NCBI RefSeq assembly: GCF_009834535.1
Contig: NC_045707.1
Coordinates: 62,250,001 to 62,314,000 of the forward strand
Length of the DNA: 64,000 nucleotides
Direction of reading: 5' to 3'
Source of the DNA: Camelus ferus
Lineage: Eukaryota
Positions 11,541 through 23,975 of the stretch are shown piece by piece (position 1 is the first letter of the stretch; each line of letters begins with the position of its first letter). The notes under the pieces were generated by a model. The model was not told the origin of the DNA, made no database searches, and was given only the letters and a program-made list of their open reading frames with translations. The position numbers and the translations under genes are program-made.

Positions 11541-13954
11541 ATTTTACAACGGAGGATGCGTTACAAACATGCATTTTCTGTTTAAATGATCATAAAGGTA
11601 AAAGAGGGTATAATCATTTCATGATATTCTGGTTCTTTCTGAGTCTTTCATGCATATACAGGAGAGAAGAAATCAACTGTAGAGCTGGTATTTTACTCAG
11701 AAGTACAAAAATAGAAGAACAAGATTTAGAGTCTAAGGGGATAAAAAACTGTACATTTCATGACTCTACAGAATTACCGATAATGCTACTCTGAAATCTG
11801 ATGGAGCCATGAATTTTGAAACATAATGCCTGTCAGCCTCAAAATAGAATGAAAGTATAAAAAGAAACCCTTGCCCTCTGCTGTTACCACTAGTTAAGTT
11901 TGTAATGAATATTAACTATCATCTCAGAATGAGGAAGCAAGTAAGAATCCTGGTTCTGCATGAACTGTGGTGATTATCCTGTTTTAGCCCCTGAAGAAGT
12001 CACGGCACGCATGATTGCTTTCTTTACTTCACTTATTAATATATGCTGGGCTCAAAATAACAATGAATGCAGAAACAAGCATGGGTTTTACTTACAGAAC
12101 ATATAACTAATGCAAAACTGAAGACTGACTCATGAAAGTGATTAATAAATAAAAACATTCTATAGTGCCAATAGTGCAAGGGTTGATTCTTTACCAGTCT
12201 AATTAAAGTCCCAAATTCCAGAGAGATTCATATTAACTAGCACAGATAATAGTGTCTTTACTATTAACAGTGTCTGCCATTAATGAGATGGAATCACACT
12301 TCTGAAATGATTCCTTACAGAATCCAAAATAACCTTCTTTTTCTTGAAAGAGCGATTATTTTTTTCCATCTGGTGTGGCAGGCTTATATGGGAGATGATA
12401 CACATAAAGTGTAGAGGTTTGTGATATTTCATTAGCTGAGCATGGATATTAATAGCTAACTCTTGCTGCCAGCTGCTTTTTTATCTAGTTTGCCCCATTT
12501 ACCTCTTTACAATGAGATACACACACGGTAGGATCAAGGTAGAAAATTAAGCAGCATGAGTCTGAAGAAAATCCATTATAAGCATTATCTAGTTACTAAT
12601 TAGACTCTAGCACACCCTCATCTGCAATGATTAATGCACTCTCAACAAAAGAAAAAGGGATTCATCCGGTACATGAAAGAGATTTGGTTAACGTTGCAAT
12701 TAATCTTTCCATTTATGGGAGAAAATTGTTTACTGCAAATTTTACTAACATAACAAATGTAGATGAATTATCCTAGATAGCAGTCAAAATCATTTCAAGC
12801 TATAGTCTCCCTGTGTTTCAGTATTGATTAATTTGATCTAATATTTTCTTGATATATTGGCTTCTTAACGCTCAATTACTGCAAACAGCTAGAGCCTTAT
12901 CGTACATCACTAACATTAGTAGAAAAATCACATAACTACTGCTTCTTCTAACCAGTTATACAGTTCTAAAAACACACCTAATTCATTCTTGCAACAAAAA
13001 ACAACAAAATAAAAAAAAAAAAAACCAATATCTAAAGTGACATACCTGGTGATGTTGAATGTGAAGACAATCACAATCAATAAGATTAGAGTGAAGCAGT
13101 CATTCTTTATATCATTTCATTCGCTTGAATTTGTTTCCAATTCAGTTAACTATATGGCAACATGGATGATATTTTAGAGATACAAAGAGTCACTGAAACT
13201 ATTTATGAAAAGGAAACTCTGTATAAGTTATAATTAATGAGTTGTTTTTAAGGGGTTATTTTAACTGGGTACTAATACCCAGTTAGTATTTGCCATTATT
13301 AATGATAAATTTCTCATCAAATGATATTCATTCCCGGCAATAAATACCATTTTCTGAATCTCTCCAGAAAAAAAAAAAAAGTTGTTTTTAAACAAAGATG
13401 GTACACTGCATTGAATCATGAGTATTTTCAAAATGTGTTTAAAATACATTGCTTCAGTAGAAAACAGTAATGTCAATTAATGGTATCAAGAGTGATGTTA
13501 TTTGAAGAGATAGTCTCTGATTATACTATGGTCTTAAGGCTGTTGATACAACTTAAAGACAACTATTTTTCCTTTGTAATGCGGCAAAAATCTTTGTCTA
13601 GAATATTAAATTCTAATACTGGTGAGCTCACTTTTTGTTTGTAGTATATCAGAAAGATAAAAATTTAGTTCATATTCCCTTTTCTCCTCAAATTATTTTT
13701 ATTCTGTCTATATACACTGGATATCCTTATGTAATTTTATCTAATATGAAGAGCCTAAGTTACTATAAAAAGACTATCTAAAGTTAAACAGTAACTTGTG
13801 GCAGATCCAACAGTTCATTTAGAATTGCATGCTTCCTATTTGTTGTATGATTTGAGTAAATTTATTGCTTCATTTATTTATTCATTCATTCACCTGGTCC
13901 TTCTGTAATCACCTCAGCATTTATTGTGTAATTACTTTATCCCTAGGCTCACAA

Positions 13955-16268
13955 ACATATCTGGGAACCTGGAAGAACCAAGATTGTAATACTGGTGGCA
14001 AGGAAGTTTGGGAAAGAAACGTGGATGATGAAGAAATTTTCATTGTAGACCCGGACTGAAAATATGCATGTTTCAAGTGAATGCTCATTAAGTGATACTC
14101 ACAGCAAAAAACGTCCCAATAACCAAGTGACAAAATGATCTACCCTGTAGATGTTAGCAAGACTTTTCTTCAACTACTACACTGCTTACTAAGTGGGCTA
14201 ATGAACAGAATGTATGTAGCAAGAATGGAAGCAATACGTGGGCTCATTAATATGTTTTGCTGCTTTTTTTTTTTTCTTTTCCTTAACCAAAGCTGAATTG
14301 GCTACCACTATGATGAGGTTCTTAATGACTTGACAGAAGCCAGTCATCTGCAATTCAGAGCCTTTCACATGGCACCATACTGTGGAGGGACCAGCCTGCC
14401 TATCATTGGCAGGTTGATTATATTGAATATTTTCCACCATGGAAGGGACCCTCTTTTCACTTACCAGTGAAGGGATGGATTATGGAGGTAGATTTTCCTT
14501 CCTCACCCTCATTCTGCCACCATTTGCATCCTTACTGAATCCTCATTCACTTATATATCTCACAGAATATTTCTTTGATGAAGAAATTATTCTTATAGAA
14601 AGAGAAAAAAGAAAATAAAACTCATGCTTATAAGGTTATTAATTTTACCATATTTCTCATCACTCAAAAACAGCTGGCCTGAAAGAGTGGAACATTCTAT
14701 AGAATACTCAGTTAAGATGTTCTAAGGGGGATGACACTTTGGGTTTGGGATATGGGACGTGGGCTCTGAACAACAGATGAGTAAGTAGTGCCATTCTTCC
14801 CAGAGTTAGAAATACGGACCCAAGGGAACAAGGATTACAAGCTAGAGTGGCAGTTTCCAATCAGAATTTCTGGCCAATTTTCAAAATACTGATTTTCTTA
14901 CATGTAACATTTAGACTTCCATTATTTTAGAGATCTTACAATAGTAGTGAAAAAATAAAAACCTTCCATCAGAGGATTCAAAACATGTTTCTATTGAATT
15001 TACAATCTGTGACTGCTAAATAGTAATATTAGCCAGGGTTTTTCAGATAAACGGAATCAATTGGAGATATTAATATCTATCTATTACTATATATATATAT
15101 ACAGAGAGAGAGAGATTTATTACAGGAACTGGCCCATGTGATGATGGAGGAATCCTACAGTATTCCATCTGCAAGTTGCAGAATCTGGAAAGTCAGTGGT
15201 ACAATTCAGCTCAAAGTCAGAGGTCTGAGAACCAGGGGAGCTGATGGTGTATGTCAATCTGAAGCCAAAGCCCTATGAATCAAGAGCTCCAATGTTCAAG
15301 GACAACAAAAAATGGATGTTCCAGCACAAGAGGAGAGAAAGAACTTGCCCTTCCTTCTCCTTTTGCTCTATGCAGGCCCTCAAAGGACTGGATAATGCCC
15401 ATCCACTTTGTTGAGGCTGAATCTTCTTTCCTCAACCTACTGAGTCAAATGCTAATCTCTTCCAGAAATACTCTCACAGACACACCTACAAATAATGCTG
15501 TATCTGCTCTCTGGGCATCTCTTAAGCCAATTAAGTTGACACATAAAATTAATCATCAAAGTGGCCATTCGGGGCTTCTCATGTCATTGAGTTAAACAGG
15601 AAAAGAGAGACTTCTCAAGCCTGGAATTATTGCTGCTGATTAACAAAGAACAATACTGTTACTGTTATAAGATGCAAACATGGGAGATCGAAGGCACCTT
15701 CAAGAAATCCCACATGTAGTGCTTAAGGGTAGTGCATGATAACAGCAATACCATATAGTATTATTAAGACAGGTTCATAATCATCAGGAAAGTTTAGACA
15801 TCCCACCAGCTAAATAGTCCTGGTCAAGTGAAGTGCTAACTGAAAGCAAAGGGAATATCAAGCCAGAAAACAAGAAAAGCTGGTTAAATAGTAATTTTGG
15901 CCTTGTGAAAAGTTGAAGAAATAAAGGCCATAGAAATAACCCATGGATGAGTTGTATTCATTAATTTTTTAACACACTCTTCTACTTTTTATTTATATAG
16001 GTTGTACTGATTGAGGTTCATCTTATTCCTAAATACACAGTTTAGAGGATATTGAGATAGGTCTGTGAATAAATTGGAGAGATTCTATTAAATTCTATTA
16101 ATTAGAAATCCTAGACTTGAAGCTATATTCAGTGATTGATGATACTGGGAACTTTGTCTTTTGGGGGAAGGGATGACCATATTTTTATTTATATGTGGAC
16201 AGTTGTAACATATTATGTTCAAGGATACCGCTACTGCTGTTTCGATATTGGAATTGTGGTTGGGTGTC
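13955..16268 (+). mobile_element. Decayed ERV-L internal region: RNase H end, integrase and dUTPase remnants (interrupted by MLT2)
   Basis: Hand-translated fragments match ERV-L pol/dut motifs: LGTWKNQD..GGKEVW and VNAH (RNase H); WANEQ, LTKAELAT, GTILWRDQPAYHWQVDYIE (14371-14427) and HISHHSKTAGL (integrase); GHSGLLM (15563-15583) and GIIAAD*Q (dUTPase). Many stops and frameshifts. Confidence 0.85.
15025..15558 (-). mobile_element. MLT2-family (ERVL) LTR nested in the ERV-L internal region
   Basis: 'tattagccagggtttttcagataaacggaatcaattgga...(TA)n(GA)n...aagttgacacataaaattaatcatca' is the reverse complement of an MLT2B-type LTR. Confidence 0.88.
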
Positions 16269-16794
16269 TGTCGTGATGACCATCTGATCTGGAAGGCTGT
16301 AACTGCCTACACGTTTGGGTCACTCTCCTTACATTCTACTCGGCCCTATTTTACTTGCCCTTCCAATACAGAGTCTCCCCCAAGCCACTCCCCCACACTT
16401 AGAGAAATCATTTCCTCTTTTCTCTGCTAAGGCTTGGATGTGATATTTAGATTCCACCAATTACATGCAACCAAGGGGAATTTTGATTAGATAAATGGAA
16501 AAAGAACTAGGGTACCACATATATCATGTGCTGATGCCAGTGTTTACAAAGACCTGAAACTGCAGGAGTGGAACAGCTTCCTGATTTGTAGCTTTCTATT
16601 CATGGCAGGGGAGGGAAATAGCTCTTTTAATGAGTCAGTTCTACAGTGTGGGTTGGTTGGAAAGTCACTTCTAGAATCTCAGTCTAGAATTTATTTCCTC
16701 AGACTGAAAAATTCTGTGAAGTATCCATCATTTTAACAACTACTTTCTACTTCAGGTTTTATTTTTTTGTTAACAAGAATTCTGACTGATAACA
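16269..16794 (+). mobile_element. LTR33-like ERVL LTR (3' LTR of the provirus)
   Basis: 'cagcttcctgat...cagttctacagtgtgg...ctcagtctaga...attctgtgaagtatcc...aagaattctgactgataaca' resembles the LTR33 3' half; directly follows the ERV-L internal 3' end. Confidence 0.7.
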
Positions 16795-18249
16795 GTCATA
16801 CATGTCAATTTCAAGTTTTGTTTTACTTTTGAGAAATACTGGAGAATAATTTTATGTAAAATTAGTAACTTGTAAATTATGGTAATTAAAATAGGCCTAA
16901 AATATAAGTCTACTAGAAAAACAATTTAGCCAAAAACTTGACTTCTAAAATTAAAATTTGTTTTACCATATCCATTAGTGAAGACTTATAAATATGCTGG
17001 AATTTTCCCTTTACTTGATGGTCCTTGGTGGTCAGGTAGGTATATAAGAAGACTTTCTATAGCAATTAGGACTTAATAGGAGGTTAGAAACTTTAAGAGC
17101 ATAAGAGAGAAAAGTGTGTTGAAGGACCAGACGGAATTCCTACTCCATAACATAGTATCATTAGTAGCACATTGCAGGACTCTGAATGATAGGGAAATAC
17201 CCGTCTTCAGTTAGGATTGTTTTTGTCTCTTGTTCTTTGTAGCCTTTCCTATGCAACAATACTAAAGGATACTGGATTTTTTTTTTTTCCCACTGTACTA
17301 CTTAGTATCACTTTTCAAACTACATTATCATTAGAACAACTACCTACACTGACATGGCAGACATGGCTTTAGCCTACCCATCTGTCTAGAGGATATTTAG
17401 GATGATACTAGAATGTCAAGGGGAAGCAAGATTATGCTAGATTACCAGACTGTTTTTCTAGATGATCTTTGGTATGTTACTCTAAATGTTTGAGTAACTG
17501 GAAATAAGAGAAAGATTTTTTCCCCCTGAAGGAGTATGCCAGGTGGTACCTACACTACAAAGCGAGTGTGTGTAAAAAGAAGCCATTTATAGTCGTATGG
17601 TTAATTTTACCAACTTTGGTTAAAACTGTTGGGGTGAATAAATCATTAACAGAAACATAACAGAGAACAGGCAAGGTAAAGTGGAATTAAAAGCCAGGAT
17701 TGATAACATTTAAGGTAGAATCTCCTGGGGTGGTAACACTGAGAATGGCAGAGGTCCTGGGAACACCCGTGAGCCCCCTGGAGCATCAGTCAGCTACTTT
17801 CCGGGCAGAAACTGTAGGACAACTAATTCAGTGTTTATGTGAACAGAACTGAGAAACTCTTTAATTCTCAGGCGGTGTCTCTCTCTTCAGAAGTGGTAAA
17901 AAAAGCAGTATCTGCAAACTTTTAGATACAGTATGGAGCAAAGCAAATAGAAATAGTCTAAAAACATTATCTTCACTTTTCAGTTTGAAAAATAATTTTA
18001 GGTTAAAAGATTTAACCGTCAGCAATCCTGATCCAAAATGTGTACATTAAAACTCTTTTAGGCAGTTGTAACTACAGGTTACAAATAATTTTTCAGAGAT
18101 AGGGGTTCAGAAATTATTGTCTACTTAAGCTAGGAGATTCTGAGTTGAAAAATAAAAGTACAAAGTTGAAGTACAAAATTTTAAGTAAAGTGTATAATAA
18201 GCAGTATATTGCTTAGTAAACAATTTCTGACACAAGAAAATATATTTAA

Positions 18250-19035
18250 TGATACAATTTGCACTTGTGCATCCATTATCAAGCTTAAGAAATAAAATGG
18301 AATTGAAATCATCAGTTTATTCCTCCCAGACCTCATCTCCAATGTTCTTACTTATAGATAACTTCTACTCCAGATTTGGCATTTAAATTCTCATGCAAAT
18401 TTTTACATTTTATTTTGGATGGAGTTGTCTTCAAACAGCATGTAATTTATTCTGCATGCATTAAAATTATTTTAAAGATATTATACTTTATGATCATCTG
18501 GAACTTGCTTTTTTAGTCAATATTTTAAAATAAATTATCTACCTTATTACAAGAGGCTCTTGTTCTGTCATTTTAGTGAATATATACTGCAGTGCTGTTT
18601 GAATAATACAACTTCTTGATTTATTCTCTTAAATAAAATTCAGAAAAAAAGAGAAATTTATATTGTTTTCTATTTTTCAATATCACAAACAGTGCTATTA
18701 TGAACATTCTTGTACATGTCTCCCTGGGCACATGTGGCCATTTCTCGGGGAAATGTAATTGCTGAGTTATAATACTTCCACTTCACTAGAGTGTGTGAAA
18801 CTGCTCTCCACAGGGGCTGTGCCAATTTACAGATCTGCCAGCAGTGGACGAGAGTTCCCTTCGCCCCATACCTTACCATTAGTTCTTGGTAATTTTTTTT
18901 TTTTTTTTATTGTCACCAATTTGATGGGCAGACATTGTAGGTAATTATTGTTTTAATTTTCATTTTCCAGTTTACTAATGAGTTTGAGTATTTTGAGTGT
19001 ATTATTGGCTTTGTGGGTCCTTTCTTCTGGGATTT
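18250..19035 (-). mobile_element. Old L1 (L1ME-type) ORF2 C-terminus and 3' UTR
   Basis: ORF 18670-18879 'GTLVHCWQICKLAQPLWR' is the L1 ORF2 cysteine-rich motif. Confidence 0.8.
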
Positions 19036-19154
19036 GCATTAATAAATTATAAACTCAGCAAAACCCTTACAAGATTATTTGTTTTATTTTACTCAGAATC
19101 TTCAAGTCCTTTGCAAAAGAAATACTTTTTTCAGTATTTTGTTTGAAATGTTGC

Positions 19155-19285
19155 TTTAAAATACTAATTCCTGGGTCTCACCCCCAGTCATCCTAGTTTA
19201 GCTGTTATGTGGTGCAGCCTGGGCACCAGGACTTTTATAAAGTCCCCAGGTCATTTTAATTGCAATGGCATTTGGGAACCTTTGG
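19155..19285. mobile_element. MER5-type hAT-Charlie MITE
   Basis: 'taaaatactaattcctgggtctcacccccag...gtggtgcagcctgggcaccaggacttttataaagtccccaggtcatttta'. Confidence 0.7.
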
Positions 19286-19939
19286 ATTAAGCTGATTCTA
19301 GATTGCTGATGTCCCAGAATAAACAAATCAATCTGTATCCTATTTTTTCACCTGAACAGGTGGGGACTGGGTGGGAGAAGAAGGAACAGAAATCATTCAA
19401 TTAGTAAATAAAAGTAAAATACTTCGACTTATTTTATTTGATAAAATATCCTGTCAACTTTGGGTAGCTAAAGATAATACTGAGGGACACTTGTTTTGTT
19501 TTTCTGCCAAATGTAGAAGAAATGTTTAAGAAAGGAGAGAAAGATAAGCCAGCAAAGCTGTTATTGTAAGAATATTAAATACCAGGATTGGGTGACCCTA
19601 TGACTACACTTTGATATGGTCTAAAGTTTGGACTTTCAGTGGGAAAAGTACTTCTGGGAAATGGGCTTTTCTTCAGCTAATCTAGGCAGACAGAATAAAT
19701 ATAAATTGGCACTATTAATGGTGATTGGCACTACTGAGCAAACATGTCCAAAGTCCAAGTCTCCAGAAAAGTTCTTGCTCAATGTATAATTAGCATAACT
19801 TTTCAATGTAGAGATTGGTATTTAGTAAATTGTGTCCATCACCTATTTTAAAGGAACTCATATCTTCTCTGTGTCAATTTCGGATACCACTCACCTAGTT
19901 TTAGAAGGAACAGCACTCACTTCTAAAACATATAATGTA

Positions 19940-21858
19940 CTACCAGAAAGAGAAATTAAGTAAACAATCCCATTTACAATTGCATCAAAAAAAAAAAAAT
20001 ACCTAGGAATAAACCTGCTTGAGGAGGTAAAAGACCTCCTTATAGAAAATTATAAGACAATGATGAAAGAAACTGAAGATGACACAAACAGATGGAAAGA
20101 TATACCATGTTTATGGATTAGAAGATTTAATATTGTTAAAATGACTATACTACCCAAGGCAATGTACAGATTTGATGCAATCCCTACCAAATTACCAAGG
20201 ATATTTTTTACAGAAGTAGAACAAATAATTTTAAAATTTATATGGAAAGACAAGAGGCCCTGAAAACCCAAACAATCTTGAGAAAGAAGAACAGAGATGG
20301 AGGTATCGCGCCCCTTTATGTCAGACTATTCTACAAAGCTACAATAAACATTATGGTACTGGCACAAAAACAGACACATAGATCTATGGAACAGAATAGA
20401 GAGCCCAGAGGTAAACCCACACACTTATGGCCAATTAATCTACGACAAAGGAGGCAAGAATGTGCAATGGAAAAGACAGTCTCTTCAGTAAGTGGTGCTA
20501 GGAAATCTAGACAGCTACCTGTAAAAGAATGAAATTAGAACATTTCCTCTCACTATAAAGAAAAATCAACTCAAAATGGATTAAAGACCAAAACGTAAGA
20601 CTAGAAACAATACAACACTTAGAAGAAAACAAAGGTGGATCAATCTTTGACATAAATTGTACCAATATTTTTTGGATCTGTCTCCTAAAGTGAAGGAAAT
20701 TAAAGCAAAAATTAACAAATGGGAACTAATTAAACTTAAAAGCTGTTATGCAGCAAAGGAAACCATCAACAAAACAAAAAGACAACCTACTCAATGAGAG
20801 AAATATTTATAAACTATATAACCAATAGGGGGTTAATATCCAAAATATATAAACATCTCACATAATTCAATATAAAAAAAAACCCCAAACAACCTGATTT
20901 AAAAATGGGCAGGAGACCTGAATAGATATTTTTCCAAATAAGATACACAGAATGCCAACAGGCACATGAAGAGATACACATCATTATCAGATAAGTGTAA
21001 ATTAAAACTACAATGAGATATCATCTCACACCTTTCAGAATGACTATCATCAAAAAGATCACATGTGACAAATGTTGGCTGGGATGTGGAGAAATGGGAG
21101 CCCTCGTACACTGTTGGTGGAAATGTAAGCTGGTGAAGTCATTATGGAAAACAGTACAGCAGTTTCTCAAAAAGTTAAAAATAGAACTACCATATGACCC
21201 AGCAATTTCACTCCTGGGTATAATATCCAAAGAAAGCAAAATACTAATTCAAAAAGATACATGCAATCCCAATGTTCATGGAATCGTTATTTACAGTAGT
21301 CAAGATAATGGAATATAGAAGCAACTGTATCCATCAACAGATGAATGGATAAAGAAGATGTGATATATATATAGATAGATGGATACACATATATACATAT
21401 AAAATGGACTACTACTCAGCCATAAAAAAGAATAAAATTTTGCCATTTGCAACAATATGGTTAGATCTGGTGGGTATTATGCCAAGTGAAATAAGTTAGA
21501 AAAACAAATACTGTATGATACCTCTTTTATGTGGAATCTAAAAAAATAAAACAAATTAATGAGTATTACAAAAAAGAAACAGGCTCACAGATATAGGGAA
21601 TAAATTATTAGTTATCAGTGGGGAGAGGTGGAGGGGGAAGGGGCAAGGTAGGGATATGGGATTAAGAGGTGCAATCTACTATGTATAAAATAAATAAGCT
21701 ATATAGATATATAATACAATGCAGGGATTATATCTAATATTTTATAATAACTATAAATGAAATCTAAGCTTTAAGAATTGTGAACCACGATGTTGTATAC
21801 CTGAAACCTACATAATATTGTACATCTACCATATCTCAAAAATAAATAAATAAATAAA
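19940..21858 (+). mobile_element. 5'-truncated L1: ORF2 C-terminal half, 3' UTR and A-rich tail (disrupted)
   Basis: ORF-track peptides '[31 protein letters not shown]' and '[34 protein letters not shown]' are L1 ORF2; ends in (AAAT)n. Confidence 0.95.
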
Positions 21859-22147
21859 CAGCTGTTACTGTCCTGCACTGCTAATGCTAGTCTGTAGAGG
21901 GGAAGAACCTAAAAGGTGGAAGCTTGGCCACACACACCTGAGGATTCCCAGAGCTGAGTTTAACTTCTTGCTGTAATTTTTTCCTGTCTTTTTTCTTTGT
22001 TATTCTAGAAATTATGGATATGCTTTACTTCCTTATATTATCTCACAATGTGAAGTGCCCCGTAAGAATTAAAACAAGTTTGGTCTGTGTGATTTTATAT
22101 CACCTATTGCTGAATGCTTTGAAGTATCAAACATTAAACACGTATAT

Positions 22148-22650
22148 ATTTTTTAAATTTGGGGCTAATTATAAACTTACAGAAAAACTGCAGCAATAAT
22201 ACCAAGTGTTCTATGTCTCATCATGTTTCCCTAAATATTAACAACTTACATGACCAGAGTACAAGTATTAAGAATAAAAAAAATTAACATTGTAAAATTG
22301 CTACAATATTATTAACTAACTTGTTGACCTTTAAAAATTTTCAGCAGTTTTCCCACTAATGTCCTTTTTGTATTCTAGGTTCCTCTCCATAATTGCATAT
22401 TATACTTAGGTATCTCTATTTAGTCTCCTCTGGTATGTAACAATTTTACAGCCTTTCTGTGTCTTCCCTTACTGTGATGCTTTTGGAAAGCATTCATCAG
22501 TTATTTTGCAGAATTCCCCTCAATGTGGAGTTATCTACTGTTTTCTGATCCTTGAAATGAAATTATGCATTTTGTACAAGAATACCACAAAGATGGTGTT
22601 TGTTGTCTTTCTCACTGCATCATATTAAGTTTTTGTGATGTCGGTATGTT
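22148..22650 (-). mobile_element. Old L1 3' UTR (L1MC/MD-type)
   Basis: 'aattataaacttacagaaaaactgca...ttttcccactaatgtcc...cagttattttgcagaattcccctcaat...aagaataccaca'. Confidence 0.7.
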
Positions 22651-23975
22651 TAATGAGAAACAGAGCTGGCTAAAAAATATAAAGTTTGAGGCAACAGATA
22701 GAAACCAGTGAAATGTCCAAGAGAAGAATTTAATTCTATGCCATCTGAAAGAACAAAGACTATGACTGATATAATGCTGATATCTCCACAGTAAACCTGA
22801 CAGTGACTGTACAATAACATTACCCCACCTATCACCCATGCACTAGTTGATATCAATGTCACTCAACATAAAACAAAGGAACGTAAGGAAAGGCTTAAAA
22901 TATCTTTTTTAATTATTGTGCAAATGCGAATCAGGCTAAAACTTGACATCTCCTATGCAAGGAAATTTCTGGCAACAACTACATGAAACTATCATTGTTG
23001 AAGCAACACTTTAAAATCAATGATGTAAACTGAGAAGGAAAACCACCAGAATGTTTTACAACTTAAGAAGTCTTGGCTGAGAATGGTATAATGAAAAGTA
23101 CAATCAAACAAGCAAGCAGATGGCTTAAGGCTAAAAGTCAGATCTATTTCAGAACTGCATTGGAAGGTGAAGCTCACATAATTGGAGAAATTTAGTGATA
23201 TTGTGTATTGTAGTTAAAGTGGACAGATTTTAGGGTAAAACCCAATAGACACACTGACAACACGTCCAAATGACATATTTCACTGTACTTAAATGCATTA
23301 TTAATTATTTTAGAAACTGAAATTAGGTTGTTTCCTTCTTTTCCGTTTTCTCGTTCTCTTACTGTCTACTTCTTTTTCGTCTTCTTTACCATGAAGTTAC
23401 ATAGGTAAATAATTTCATTATCTTATTGTCCTTTTAAAACTATATTATTAACTCTCATTCTATCTCTGCAATAGATACAAATTTTTCCTGACAGGTGAAA
23501 AATTTTATGAGTCCATTAATTCTCAATATAATTAACATAAAATGATAGCATTTTTTTCATGAGGAAAGGTAACCTCAAACATTGCTTAAAATATAAATAA
23601 TATGCATTTGTAATTTTACTCAGAGGATAACTCTAAGTTGTAAAAATTTCTTCTTGCTATTAGCACCCTTTTAGCAGCTGCAAAGTTATCATTCATCATT
23701 TTGCTTGTCTCTCATAGGCTGTACAAATTAGCATTGGTAGTAACACAAAACAATTTGGGAAACATATTTATAAAAACAAATAAATGTACAAGTACTTTAG
23801 TGATGAAAAATAACATATTAAAGTACACTTGAAGAGTCTGACACAAAAATAAAACACAGAGAGAAACAATTTTATTTGATTTCAAGCAGACTATAAATGC
23901 TTTGATCTTATAAATAAAGAAAAAAGGCATAACATTAGATATAAAATTAATTTGTAATATGAGGATTCAAGTATG

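Noticed and set aside
19940..21858. Active or intact L1
   Set aside because: It is 5'-truncated with multiple frameshifts and stops, and I found no convincing TSD.
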